64,000 nt of DNA from a virus. The position numbers and the translations under genes were made by a program. Each line of letters opens with the position of its first letter. Within the stretch, counting starts at the first letter, position 1. Location of the stretch: positions 20,524 through 84,523 of the IMG/VR virus record IMGVR_UViG_3300018077_000007. One strand, 5' to 3'. Positions 19,302 to 33,000 of this stretch are shown piece after piece. The notes under the pieces were generated by a model. That model worked only from the letters and a program-made list of their open reading frames with translations, made no database searches and was not told where the DNA came from.

Positions 19302-20999
19302 GTGGCCATCACCTTTGCGGCCCCCGCACCCACCGGGGCAGGGCTCTCGGCCTTCCTGGACGCCTACCTCAAGGGCCGGGGGGTTAAGCGGGAGGAAGAG
19401 AGCGACGAGCTCCGCCGCACCCTCGCGGCCATGCAGCTCCTTCAGGCTGGCCAGGCGTATCAGGCGGGCGAGCGCACGACTGCCGAACAAGCCCTCGTGC
19501 CAGAAGCGATTCAGCGGGCTCTCGCTGTGCCGGAGCGCACCACGGCGCTCCCGGCGACCGGCATCCCGGGCACCGAAGCCGTGCCCCAGGTCTCGGAATA
19601 CCCCGGCTATGCCGCGCCCGCCGAGATGCCAGGGCGCACCGTTCCGCTTGGACGCACCCCCGCCGATGTGCTGTCCGCCTTGCAGCCTGAGCAGATGGTG
19701 GCGTTGCTGAAACACGCGCCCGGCGTGCTCCCCGCGATGGGGCTCCAGAGCGAGGAACAGATCCGCCAGCGGGAACGCCGGGAGCAAGGCCGCCAGAAGA
19801 TGCGCACCCTCTATGCGCAAATTCAAGACCTGGGGAAGTCCCGCCGGTGGATTGACGAGCTGGACAAGGAAATCGAGGGGATGGGGGTTCTCCTGGAGAT
19901 GGCCGACACTCCCGAGCAAATGGCGGGGGTGCAGGGCGAGCGCCGCAAGCTGTTGGTGACTCGGAAAACCCTCGAAGATGACGAGATTGAGCGCACGCTT
20001 GGCCCGCAGGAGAAAACGCGCATCTGGGAGGCCGTGGAGACCGCGCGGGTCGCCAAACTCAAGGGCACAGATGTGGCCCCCGCCATGAGTGCGTTGCACC
20101 AAGCGATCGGCACCGCCACGACAAAATTCGGGCGGGCCGAGGGGGAGAAGATCACGGATCGCATGTCGAAGAAACTCCTCGATGATCTCGTGGAGGACCC
20201 GACCGAGCGCGAGTTTCATCGGGCCGTCTGGACCGACGTGCGGGGGCGGCTCACGGCGAATGAACCCTGGTCCCCGGCGCTCTGGGCCAAGTCGGCGCGC
20301 GCCGTGATCGCAGCGGACCCGCAGCGGTACGGGGCGATGGGGTTCACCCTCCTCCAACATAAAACGGTCCCTGACTGGTTCAAGGAGGCATTCTTTGCGG
20401 GGGCGGGCACCGTGCCGGGACTGACGGACAAGGGACTCCCGCCAGAGATCCATGTCGGGAAGATCCAAGAGGAAGACGAGGCCCGTCGGCAAGGTCGGTT
20501 GCCGACGTTGCAGGGCACGATTCAGAAAGCGCAAGCCTGGGTGCAGGGAAAGGCCACCCGCGATCCGGTGGCCTTGGCGCAATTGCGCCAGATCACGCAG
20601 GGGCAAGTCGATCAGGCCCAGCGGGATGTGCGCGACGCCGAACGCCATTTGGTCGAGGCTCAGAAGGAAGGCTTCCGGATGAGGGACTTCCTGCCAGGAC
20701 TGGAAGCGAAAGTGACGGCCGCGAATGAAGTCGTCAAAGCGCGGGTCGCTGACCTGAAAGCGGTCGAGCAAATGGTGGTGGCGTCGCTGCCGCCGGGCCT
20801 GCGGGAGGTGTATGAAAAAGGCAAACCCGCGCCTGCACCGCCCCCGCCAGACATGAACCAGGTTCGAGCCCGGCAGAAGGCCCTGACCGAGGAGGAACAC
20901 GCGAAGGAAGGGGCCACGCCCGAGAAGATCAAGGCGGCGGTGAAAGCGCGACTGCAACAGGAGTTTCCGACCCTTCCCTCCATATATTTCCCCCGATAA
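19302..20999 (+). CDS. Putative ejection/internal virion protein
   Basis: 565-aa helical protein immediately before the giant gene. Confidence 0.6.
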   Translation: MAITFAAPAPTGAGLSAFLDAYLKGRGVKREEESDELRRTLAAMQLLQAGQAYQAGERTTAEQALVPEAIQRALAVPERTTALPATGIPGTEAVPQVSEYPGYAAPAEMPGRTVPLGRTPADVLSALQPEQMVALLKHAPGVLPAMGLQSEEQIRQRERREQGRQKMRTLYAQIQDLGKSRRWIDELDKEIEGMGVLLEMADTPEQMAGVQGERRKLLVTRKTLEDDEIERTLGPQEKTRIWEAVETARVAKLKGTDVAPAMSALHQAIGTATTKFGRAEGEKITDRMSKKLLDDLVEDPTEREFHRAVWTDVRGRLTANEPWSPALWAKSARAVIAADPQRYGAMGFTLLQHKTVPDWFKEAFFAGAGTVPGLTDKGLPPEIHVGKIQEEDEARRQGRLPTLQGTIQKAQAWVQGKATRDPVALAQLRQITQGQVDQAQRDVRDAERHLVEAQKEGFRMRDFLPGLEAKVTAANEVVKARVADLKAVEQMVVASLPPGLREVYEKGKPAPAPPPPDMNQVRARQKALTEEEHAKEGATPEKIKAAVKARLQQEFPTLPSIYFPR

Positions 21000-21005
21000 T
21001 TCCCT

Positions 21006-24000
21006 ATGGCGAGTCCGTTTGAGACGGCCCTCGAAGAAGACCTTGCGGAACTCACCGGACACCGCCCCAAGGGGCGCCCGCCCGTCCCGCCCGTCCTTTC
21101 TCCTTTCGAGCGAAATCTCACGGAGGATCTGAAGGCGCTCACCGAAGAGAAACGCACCCGGCTCGCCGAGGAAGCCTTTGGCATTGACCTGGCGGGGCGC
21201 CCCCGGCCCACAATGGAGGAAGTGGCTGGCGTTTCCCCTGCTCAGATCCTTGCCCCCGCCCTTCCGACCTCTCCCGAAGCCGCCGCCGCCCTGAGCCTCC
21301 GCACCGCTCCAGAGCCGGTCATCCCCCCCGTGCCGTCTCACTTGGAGGTGCTCCGTACTCCGCCGGGGCAGCCCGGTCCGGGGATCGCGCCGGTGATCCC
21401 GGCGGGAGCGCCGTTGCCGGGGCGAGTGCAGCCCGTGAGTCGCCCGCCCGCCATGACCGCCGAGATGGCCTTCGCGCAGGCTCCCGAGGCGATGGTTGAG
21501 GCTCCTTCGACCACGCCTGACATCCTGGCGGCGCTTGCGGCACTCCCTCGGGTGGCGCGTCCGACTCTCGAAGAGATGACCCCAGAGGCTAAGTTGCTTC
21601 GGAGCCTCATGGCTCTTCCGTCCGAGGTCTTTGCTCAACAGGGTCCTCCGGCCCCTCCGCCCAAGATCACGCCCTACCAAGCCCCCTCGGTCTTTGAACC
21701 TCCTGAAACCGTGGCGGGTCGGGCAGGCCGAGCGATGGTCTTCGGACTCCGCACTGGAGCAGTCGGGCAATTTGCCCGGTGGCTCAATCAGCAGATCGGC
21801 GAGCAGCTTCCGGGGCCACCGTCCGGTCCCGTGCAGGCCATTGATCCTGACAACGCCTTTGAGCAATTGATTGCACTGGGCACCAGTCTCGGGACCGATT
21901 GGAAGCTCTTCAGCTTTGGCGGCAAGGTCGGCATGGAAGCCATGTCCCGCGTGCTCAACGGTATCGGAGCTGGGATGACGAAGCGGGGCGTCGCGGCAGG
22001 GCTTACCGAGGCCGAGGCCCGTGCTGCGGCCCAGCAGGTGCTTCGGGAGAATCCGGTGGTCCAAATGCTCACCGGGGCTGCGGTGGGGGCCAGCGCCCTC
22101 GCGATTCCTGGAGCGGCTCGGGAAACAAGTCGAGAACTCGTGACCGGTGAACCCTTGCAACCCGGCAAGATCGCAGCGGCGGCAGGCAAGGAAGCGATCA
22201 TCGGGGGGTTAACCTTTGGGGTCGCTGCCCCGATTGATTCCCGAATCCTCCGGGCTACCGCCCTGATCTTGGGGTTTGGAACATTGCCGCCGATTGTCCA
22301 GGAACAGCGGATGCCCACGGCCCACGACCTCATCAACGCGGGCGTGTCGATTGGACTCATTGAATTAGCCGCCGCCCTGATGGGAGTCAGGAGCGGGTGG
22401 CAGGCACGCCAAGCCAGAGGTGAACCACTTCCCGAACTGGGGCGCGATGTTGTTGGGAACGTGATTTATGACCGAGTTCTCGGCATTTTCAAGCGGAAGG
22501 GAATGTCGGAGAACGAGGCGCGGGCGAGTGCGGATCGCTTGATTCAGGAAACGGTTGGGGTTGCCGCCAAGCCGACACGGGCGACGACCGGTGCCCAGCC
22601 AGCCACACCGGGAGAAGCTGGTTCCCTCGCCCGCCCCCGCGAGGGGTTGACCGAACCCGAAATCGAGTTGGACGTGCTGGAGCGCCGGGCCGCCGAACTG
22701 CACCGCCAGATCGCCGCCGAGGAAGCGGCACCCGCGCCGCCCCCCCCGCCAGCGGCTCCTCCCGCGCCCCTGCCGCCTCCAGCGCCCCGACCTCCTGCCC
22801 TCGTGCCCGTTCCACCGGCTCCCACTGAGATCGCCCCGCCTGTGCCCCCGGTGGCCCCAGGAGCCCCTCTTCCGGCCCCGATTGAGCGCCCTCCGGCCCC
22901 TGTGACATGGGGGGGGTGGCAAGAAACCCCCACAGGGCCACCGTTGGAGTTGTGGACCCTGACCGAGGCCATTCCGGGCCATCCCGATGGTTCGACGGTC
23001 GGCCGGGAGACCTTGGAAGCGGCAGGGTTCACGGTGCCCGAACCTCCAGAGATCCCGCCCCAAGTCCCGGCTCCGACCCGTCCAGCCCCCCAGGTTCCCG
23101 TTCCACCGGCTGGAGTTGCGGGCGCTCCTCCGCCATCCGTTCCTGAAACTGCCCCGGGGGCAGAATTGCCACCTGAGACTCCACGTGGAACATTACCCAC
23201 CGAAGGATTCACGCGGGTTGGCGCTGCCGAATACGGGGACCTGCCGAAGGAAGGGCGCTCCATCTACAACCCGACCGGACTCCGTGGGCGCGTCGTCGGA
23301 TCGGATGCGGAGAACTTCTACGTGAGTCGGCTCGCTGGATCCGTCGCCTGGGTGGATAAATACCCCCGACAACTGATCGAAGACACGCAAGCCTACTTTA
23401 CCGAAGGCGCTGCCGTCCAGACCCCCTATGGCCCCGCCACCCTCGTCACGCCACCGGCCCGCGATGACCGGGGCATGGTGATGGTGACGGTGCGCTGGCC
23501 GGCGGGCATTCCAGCAGAAGTGTCCGACCGCCTGGGCGCATCGGCGCTCTTGGATGCCCCGGTCTTCCAGGGGCGTCCCGAAATGCAGGCTGATTGGGTC
23601 GGCTGGCGAACCGTGCGCCCCGGCTATCCCTCGGTGGGGCAATGGAAGCTCCGGCAACCTATCAAGGGGCATGAGAGCGGGGAAGTCGTCACCGCCTTAG
23701 CTATTCGGGATGCAGGATTCCGGGCACCGATTCCTCCAGAAGCCCCGCCGGCTCCCCCCACCGCTCCCAAGGCCCCCGTTGCCCCGGTGCCGCCACCGCC
23801 GAAACCGCCCCGACCAGGAAAACGCCTTCTCAGGCCAGATCAACTCAGCGATTTTCGTCCCGGCATTGACCGGGTGGAACGGCGCGGAGATCGCACCTTT
23901 GTGGTGGACTCCCTCGGGGAACGGGCACCCGTTGAAGTGCAATCGGATGTCGTGATTCCAGAGATCGAAACTCGGCTCCGCGCCCAACGTACCCAACCTG

Positions 24001-27000
24001 CGTTGCGCAACCGAGCCATTCAAGCAATTCGACAAACCCCGTTCCTTTCACCAGAAGGAAAGGCCGAGCGTCTTCGGATTCTTGAAGAGCCAGAGGAACT
24101 TCCAGCCCCAGAAGCGGCACCTCCGGTCACGCCGACAGTACAGCCGACCCCGCCTCCTTCGGGGGTGATCCCGGTCCCCCGCCCGACCGACTATCGGCTG
24201 GTTCAACGGCTCCCAACCGATCCCGTCACCATTCAGATGCGGGAACCGACCGGGCGCTGGACCACGGCCACCACCGTTGATGATGTCCCGGCCGCTGAAG
24301 AATGGGTGAGGGCCTGGGGAGGAACGATTATCCGGCGTACCCTGCCACCCCCGCCCCTTACCGCTGGCTCCCGCGTCCGGCTCAAGGATGGGCGGGACGG
24401 GACGGTCGAAAGCCTCAAGGGCGGCGTGGCCCGCGTGAAACTGCCCTCGGGGCAGAAGGTGAACGCCCCGCTGCGGTCGCTGACGCCGAAAGAACCCGAG
24501 ATTGCCGTCCCTGCCGCCCCACCGCCCACCCCAACCCTGGAAGAAGGGCAGCGACAAGGAACCCTCGTCCCAATTGAGCCTGCCACCACCAAGGCGATTT
24601 CGGATCAGGTCAGCGAGTACCTGAAACGGCTAGAGCAGGTTGAAGGGACGCTAGAGCCCGAAGAGATCGCCGAGGGCCAGGTGTTACTGACTCGGGTGCA
24701 GGATCATCTGGATGAACTGCCCGCCGCCGCCCTGTCCCAACGAGCCGATATGCGGGCGGCGGAAGAAAAACTCCGGCTTCCAGCCGAACAGGGAACTCGG
24801 CCGGAATACGTTGGGCCGACTCGCCCGCCTCCTTCACCGCCCGAACCGCCGAAGCCCATTGATCTTGACCGCCTCGGGCCATCCATGCGGCGAGCTGAGA
24901 TTCGCGGCGCGAAGGTCGGGCAGGCTGTCACGTTTCGAGGAGAGACCTGGGCGCTGGCGAAATCGGGATACTGGACGCATGGTGGTGAGACCCTGGCGAC
25001 CCAGGCCCTCGTCTCACATTTCGAGTCGATGAGTCGCCAACCGGCTCCGATCCCGCCAGTTCCGCCAACCGAGGTTCTTCCCTCTGGGCGTGTGCAACTG
25101 GCCGATGGGCGTCAAGGAACCGTCGTCGGACGGTCCGAAGGTCTTGCCCCCTGGAAAGGAATCATCACGCGGGTTCGGCTCGACGACGGAACGGAGGTGA
25201 ACGTTCGGACCGACCGCTTGACTTCTGTGCCAGCCGCGCCCACACTGGCTGGTGAGGAGGGTGGCCGTGCCGTTATCCCACCACGAGAACCCGAACGTCC
25301 CGCCGAGTCTCGCGGCCCAGATCGAAGACCACTGGCGGAAGTATCGCCCGAACCTAGTCCGCGCCCTAGAGGCGGACAGCCAGTTGAAGGACTCGGTGGA
25401 GGAGGCCGCGCTCCTGACCGTGGAGGCGCTGGACGACCTGCTGGAGAAACGGGTGCCATACAACCAAGCGTGGGAGGCCGTCCGCCACGAGTGGGCGTTC
25501 CTGCCGGCGGAAGACGAGGTGCCCGACCTGCCCCTTCCGTTCCTACCAATCTCGATTACCGCTTCACCCCAGACGACGCCGCCCGCATCGTAAGCGGCGG
25601 TCCTAAAGAGCGCGTTCGCCGCAACCTCGATAGCATCCGGCTCCTCAAAGAGATTGAGGCGGCTGGGCGCCCCGCCACCCCCGAAGAACAGCAAACCCTG
25701 GCTGCTTACGTTGGGTGGGGACCCTTCAAACAAATCTTTGAGCGCTACTGGGATCCGAAATGGGCCGATCTCTACCAAGAGATCAAGGACACCCTCACCG
25801 AGGACGAATACGAAGCCGCCCGCGCCTCCAGCCTGAACGCCTTCTATACCACGCCGGGAGTGGTAGAAGCGATGTGGGGCGCAGTCAAGCAGTTCGGACT
25901 ACCGGGTGGTCCCGCAACCCGCATCCTTGAACCCGCGATGGGGATCGGGTACTTTTTCGGCTTTATGCCCGACACCTTCACGGGGGTCCGGCGCGTCGGC
26001 GTGGAATTGGATCCGATCACGGGCCGGATGGCCACGCTCCTCTTCCCCAGTACCCGCGTCCATGTCCAGGGCTTCGAGACCGTGCCGTTTCCGAAGAACT
26101 TCTTTGATCTGGCGGTCAGCAACGTGCCGTTCGGGGAGTTCGGCGTCCATGACCCAGCTTATCGCCGAGAACCGTTCCTCACGGAGTCGATCCATAACTA
26201 TTTCTTCGCCAAGGCTCTCGATGTGGTCCGGCCTAGTGGCGTCGTCGCGTTCATCACGTCACGCTATACCTTGGATGCACGAAATTCCCGATTTCGCCAA
26301 TGGCTCGCGGATCGGGCGACCTTGTTAGGAGCGGTCCGGCTCCCCGAGACGGCCTTTCAACGCGCCGCTGGCACCGAAGTCGTTACCGACATTCTCTTCT
26401 TCCAGAAGTACCCCTCGGGCACGACCCCGACCTGGGTAGACAGCACCCCGATGCAGGTCAGTGGCGTCACGAAACATGTGAACGCCTATTTCCAGGAGCA
26501 TCCCGAGATGGTCCTGGGCCGGCATGTGGTCGAACGCGGGATGTACGAACCCGAGGCATTAACCGTCAAGCCAACTGGCGATCTCCTTCAACAATTAGCG
26601 GCGGCCCTCGCCGAGTTGCCGGAGGATGTGATCCGATCCGCCGGAATTCCCGTGCGCGACCCCCTCCCTGCCGCCGTGCCAGAACCGCCCGGTGCGGTCA
26701 AAGACGGCGGGTTCTTTCTTGACCAGGGGGCGATCTTCCGTAAGCACGGGACCGAAGCGGTCTCTGCCGACATTCCCGTCGCCCAGATCCCGAAGGTCAC
26801 GGCACTCCTCCACATTCGGGACGCGGCCCGCGAGGTGCTCCGGGCGCAACTCGAAGAGCTTCCTGATGCCGAATGGGAGACGGCCCGCACCCACCTCAAT
26901 CGACTCTACGACATCTTCCTCAAGCGACACGGACCGCTTTCGGCTCGAACGGTCCACCGAGAATTCACGGGCGACCCCGATTTCCCGTTCCTGCTGGCGC

Positions 27001-30000
27001 TCGAAAAGAGTTATGACCCTGACACGAACCGGGCGGAGAAGGCCGACCTCTTCATAAAGCGCACCATCCAGCCGTACCGACCCCCCGAGCGAGCTGAGAC
27101 CCCCCAAGCGGCCCTCCTGATCGCTCTGAACGAAACCGGGCGAGTGGATCTGGCCCGGATGGCGGCGCTGGTCGGGCAGTCTCCAGAAGGCGTCCAGACA
27201 GCCCTGGCCGGGTTGATTTATAAGAACCCTGAAGGCGACTGGGAAACCGCCGAGGAGTATCTCTCGGGCAACGTGCGGGAGAAGCTCCGGGCCGCCGAAG
27301 TCGCCGCGTCCCTAGAGTCTCTGTATCAGCCGAATGTTGAGGCACTTCTCCGCATCCAGCCGACGGATTTAGTCCCAGGTGAGATCGAGGTGCGCCTGGG
27401 ATCGCCGTGGCTCCCGACCGACACGGCGGAAGCCTTTATTGGGCATCTCCTGGGCGCACAGCCGAGTGCCTTCCGCGTGGGTCATCACGCCGCGACGGCC
27501 ACGTGGACCATTGAGGCGCGTGGATACCAAGGCGACCGTGTTCTCCAGAGTGCTGAGAATCTTCGGGTCTGGGGATCGGAGAACTACCGGGCCGTGGAGT
27601 TAATTCGGGATTCCTTGAATGGGGCATTCCCCACGGTTTGGACAAAAGATGCGGATGGAAAGAATGTGGTGGACCAAGACGCCACCCTTGCGGCCCGCGA
27701 CCAGCAAGAGAAAGTGAAGGCCGAGTTTCGGAAGTGGGTGTGGACCGACGAGGACCGGGCCACCGCATTGGCCCAACTCTACAACGAGCAGTTCAATGCC
27801 CTCCGGCTCCGGGAGCACGACGGGCGCCATTTAGAGTTGCCCGGCATGGCCAAGGGGGTACTCCGGGATGGTGATCTCGCCGCCCATCAAAAGAACGCCG
27901 TCTGGCGCATCCTCCAGGGCGGCAATGCGCTCATTGCCCACCACGTCGGATCAGGGAAAACCTATGTGGCCGCCGCCGCAATGATGGAGTTGCGTCGGCT
28001 CGGATTGGCCCGGAAGCCTATGCTGGTGGTGCCGCGAAGTCGGCTGGAAGGCACGGCAGCCGAGTTTCTTCAACTCTATCCCGCCGCCCACCTGCTGGCC
28101 ATCCAGCCGGAAGACTTGACGCCGCAGAAGCGTCCCGAACTGATGAGCCGGATTGCCACCGGCGACTGGGATGCCGTCACGGTGAGCCGAGAGAGCTTCG
28201 AGCGCCTGCCGGTGCGGAACGCGACCCTCGCCACTTTTATTCGGGAACAACTGCAAGAGTTGGAGGACGCGATCCGGGCCGAGAAGGTCGCCGAGGGACG
28301 CAGCCGAAGCCCGCTCATCCGCAAACTCGAAGTCGCCAAAAAGAAGCTGGAACAGAAGCTAAAAGACGCTCTCAAGCCCGAAGCGAAGGATGTTGCAGTA
28401 GCGTTTGAGGAATTAGGGGTCGATGCCCTTTTCGTGGATGAGGCCCAAGCCTATAAGAATCTGCCGGTCCGCACAGCGGCCCGCAACATCGCGGGGATCA
28501 ACACGGCGGAATCCAACCGGGCCTTCGATCTGTTTATGAAGAGTCAATGGCTCCTGCGCCGCAACAACGGGCGGGGACTGATCTTTTTGACGGGGACCCC
28601 GATTACCAACACCATTGCGGAGATGTATACGCTCCAGCGGTTTCTTGATCTTCCGCGTCTCCGGCAGTTGGGGCTGGCCGAGTTCGACGCTTGGCGGGGG
28701 CAGTTTGGCGAGATCGTTCAGAGCGTAGAACTGAACGTTCAGGCGACGGGATACCGGGTCAAGAGCCGGTTTGCCAAGTTTGTGAATCTGCCGGAACTCT
28801 TAACGCTCTATCGCACCGTGGCGGATGTGCAGACTGACGCGATGCTGAAGCTCCCGAAACCGGGGCTGGCGGGGGGCCGGCGCCGGGAGATCGTGACGAC
28901 TCCGCATCCACGGATGCGCGCCTTCCTGGACGAGTTGAACCATCGGGTGGAAGCCATCCAGAAGCGTGTCGTTGAACCGACCGTAGACAATATGCTCAAG
29001 GTAAGCACCGATGGACGGAAAGCCGCCATTGACATGCGGTTGTTCGATCCGACAGCCGGAGACGTGGCTGGGGGGAAAACCAGCCGAGCCGCCGAGGCCA
29101 TCTACGAACAGTGGCACGTCAATCGGGCGATGAAGGGAACCCAACTCGTATTTGTGGACTTTTCAGCCCCGGCGACGGGAGCGTTCTCCGTGCCGACGGA
29201 CCTCCGCAACAAGTTGGTTAAGTTAGGCATTCCGAAGGCCGAGATCGCCTTTATTCAGGACGCGAAGAACGTCAAGGCTCAGGAACAACTCTTCCAGAAT
29301 GTTCGCCGGGGGCGCATTCGGGTGTTGATCGGGTCCACGGAGAAGATGGGGATTGGGGTGAACGTCCAAAACAAGGTGGTGGCCCTCCACCATCTGGATG
29401 CGCCCTGGCGTCCTGCCGATCTGGAACAACGTGAAGGCCGCGCTTTGCGGCCCGGCAACGAAAACGCCGAAGTCGAGGTTCTGCTCTATCTCACTCCCGG
29501 TTCCTTCGATGCCTATATGTGGCAAACCCTGGAGCGCAAGGCTCGGTTCGTCGACCAGATCATGCGGGGCGAAGTCGGAGTGCGGTCGGCGGAGGACATT
29601 GAGGGCCGAGCCTTCACCTACGCGGAGTATAAGGCCCTCGCGTCGGGGAACCCCATCGTGGCCGAAAAGGTCCAGGTGGACGCGGACATTCTGCGGTTGG
29701 GACGCCTCCGCGCCCACCATGACACACAGCAATGGCAGATCCGGCGCGATCTCGCGGGGCTCCCCGTACGCTTGGCCGAGGCCGACAAGCGGGTGACGGC
29801 AATCCAATCCGACATCGGAACCCGCAATCAAGACCGCCCCGCTGAATTCAGCATGACCATCGCGTTGATGCTCCGCACGGAACACCGTGGCACCTTCACC
29901 GATCGAGTCGAAGCGGGTGAGCAACTCTGGAAAATGTTGAATGCGGCTCGTGGAAGCAGCGCGCCAACGAAACTTGGCGAATTTGCTGGCTTTGCCCTCA

Positions 30001-33000
30001 TGGTAAAGGGGTTTGATACTTCAGACATTACGCCCGCCGTTTGGCTGGAGGGCCAAGCCGAGTATCCGGTTTCGACGCTTTCGGAAACCGGATTAGGTGT
30101 GATTCGCAGCATCGAAGGGCAACTTCTGCACCTCGAAAGTAAACTCACCGAAGCCGAGGCCGACCGTGCTGCCCTCCAGCAGAAGCGCACGACGCTCGAA
30201 GGTGAACTCGATAAACCGTTCCCAGAGGCCGCCAAACTGGCGGAACTGGAGCAACGCCAAGAAGAACTGGCGCAGCAGCTTGATCTCACGGCCAACGACC
30301 ATCAGGCGGCAGGGCAAGAGACCGAGCCCGACGAGGGGGCCGAAGAACCCCCCGAGATCCGCGAACCCGAGTCCCGAATCAACCCCGACGCTGTTCGCGG
30401 GTTCCTGTCTGAAATGCGCGTGGAGCGGGAAGGGGAAACCCGGGCGACGGCCGCGATGGACCCCCGGCTTCTCAAGGTGTTGGGCGGGAACCTCTATACC
30501 GGCGATCTCGGGAAAATCGCGGTGAAAGAGATGCTCCAGAACGCCGTGGACAGCGTGCGTGGTCTGGCCGACCAAGCTCAGGGGCGCGTGACGGTCGACG
30601 TGACGTTGACAGGCGATACCAAGACCATCGCGGTTGAGGATAACGGGGTCGGCATGACCCCCGAGGTGGCGACCCAGGAGTTGGTGGACATCGGCGGAAG
30701 CCAGAAGGTCGCCGGTGCCTCGGGTGGGTTCGGGATCGCCAAGGTCGCGATCTTCGCCAACGCTGCCACGATTGACGTGGAGACCACCGCGAAAGATCCG
30801 GCGGGCCAGGGGGCCACGCGCACGAGGCTCTCCGGCTCATCCGACGAATGGCTTGACCCGCAGCAGGGACTTCGCGTGGAGACCGAGCGGATGGCTCCCG
30901 ACACGCCGACCGGAACTCGAATCAGCATTACCCTGGCCGATACCGTGCAGACGAATCCCTATGAGACCCGCAGCTTTCTGAACAGCTTCCTCCAGTGGCA
31001 TCGGCTCCCGGTCTCGTTCCAGTTCCGTCTCAATGGGGAGATTCAAGCCCTGCCGCAGGGACGGGTTGACCCGCTGAAGACCCTCACGATTCCAGGCGGG
31101 ACGATTGAGCTGTTTGCCACGTCCGACCTGGTGTCTCAAAGCGTAGTCCAGGTCGAAATCCTCAACCACGGACTCCCGCAGTTCCGCCAGGCGTTCTTTC
31201 TCGGGGTGGAGACACAGATCCCGGGGCGGATCGTGGCCGATATTCAGTCCCGAGAAGGGCCAGAAGCCCCCGAGTATCCGTTTTCGCCGGATCGGGAACG
31301 ACTCCGGCCGACGACCGAGAGGGCACTGACCGACTATCTGAAGGATGAACTCGCCAAAGACGCGATCACCAACGAGCGCCGCGAGTACCAACGCATCCTG
31401 TCGGAGGCTCCGGTCATTCCCGGCACGGGCGGTCACCGGATCGTGGACACGACGGAGGGGGTCTCCCGTGATCTCCTCGAAGCGATCGCCACATCCGACG
31501 CCACCCGTCGCGTCTCAGGACACCTGGCCGGGATCGTCGCGCGCCTGCGAGCTGAATTGGCCCGCGTGGAGGCGCAACCGTACTGGGCACCAGAGCAAAT
31601 TCAGTATTTTGGCTTGAGCGTCGCCGGGGCGCACTTGGGGATGAATCTCAATGGCCGCTTGATTGAAGGGAGAGATGACGCCCCCAACCTCGTGGCTTTC
31701 AATCCCTATAGCATCCTCGATGAAGTGCAGACCTTGGCGCAGGTGGCCGGGTTGGCGGCCGACGAAATTCCCCAGCAGTTTGCCGCGAGAGCCGTATTCA
31801 CGGTCATCCACGAACTGGCGCATCAAGCGAGCGGAGCGCACGAACAAACGTATGCGGGAGCCTTGACACGAGCGGGCGGCAACCTGATAATGCAGGCGGC
31901 GCAGGCCACCGCCGCATTGACGGCGCTCGTGAAGGAGCAGAACAATGCCATCCTCCGCACCCTCGCTGCCGACCTTGCCCGGCTCCGCCCTCAGTGGGGC
32001 GGAGAAGACCGTCTTAGCAAAGTTGTCACCGGCCTTGCAGCAACCACCGGAGCCGAAGGCCCTCCGGCTCCTCTTGGCAGACGCGAAGGCGCAGGGGCTC
32101 GACCCAGAGAAGCTCTACCAGCTGGCCGTCCAGGTGCGGTCCCCAGCATGGGTCCCGGCCCCGCCGTACCCGGAGGTCCGCCCGGCGTAGTCCAGGAACC
32201 CATCCTGCCCCCAGCACCCTACGGCGGGGCCGAACCGGCGGGACCGGAATACCGCGCCGCCATGGTGCAGCAGATTCTCGACGACCTCGTGACGGCGGGT
32301 CGGAGAGAATTGAAGACCGCCCCAACCTTTCCCGCGTGGCAAGCCCGGATGTTGGCTCAATGGGGCGATTGGACACGCCCGTATCTTCAGGCGACCTATG
32401 ATCGGCTGACAGCGCCGGAAACTGCCCCGAGGGCAGAACCGACGACCGCCGGGACCCCGCTGCGCCCAGAGCCCGAACCCGCTCCCCCCGAACCCGAACC
32501 GATGGATGCTGGAGTCCCGCCGGTGGAACCGCCGCCGCCCCAGGCCGAGACGATGGCCGCCCCGAATTTCCAGCCGCCGCGAACCCCGAGAGAACGGCAA
32601 GAATTGATCGCCAAGGCCGCGATCCTGAAGCGGCTCGAAGACGTGCTTCGGGTGCCGATCCAGACCGGGCGCGTGAGCCGCCCAGGAGCTCGAGGCGTCT
32701 TCCTCGTCGAACCCGAAGTGATCCGGCTCCGGTGGGCCGGAAACCTCCATACGGGGCTCCATGAGATCGGCCATTTCCTCCACAAGCGCGGGATGCTGCC
32801 CGAGGGGTGGGCGGCGCGGCTCGAAGCATTAGGGCAAGGGCATGAAGGCGATCCCGAACGCGAAGGCACCGCCGAGTTCGTGCGTCTGTTCGTCATGGAC
32901 CCTGCGGGCGCGGAGGCCGCCGCGCCCGGGTTGCCAGACGCCTTCACGGCCCGCCTGAATCGGGACTGGCCCCGCGCCCTCGAAGCCCTCCTCTGGGCCA

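Noticed and set aside
19269-22160. 963-aa minus-strand ORF and other long antisense ORFs (e.g. 10423-11808, 13040-14674, 33054-34610)
   Set aside because: Shadow ORFs of GC-rich coding genes with no recognisable motifs
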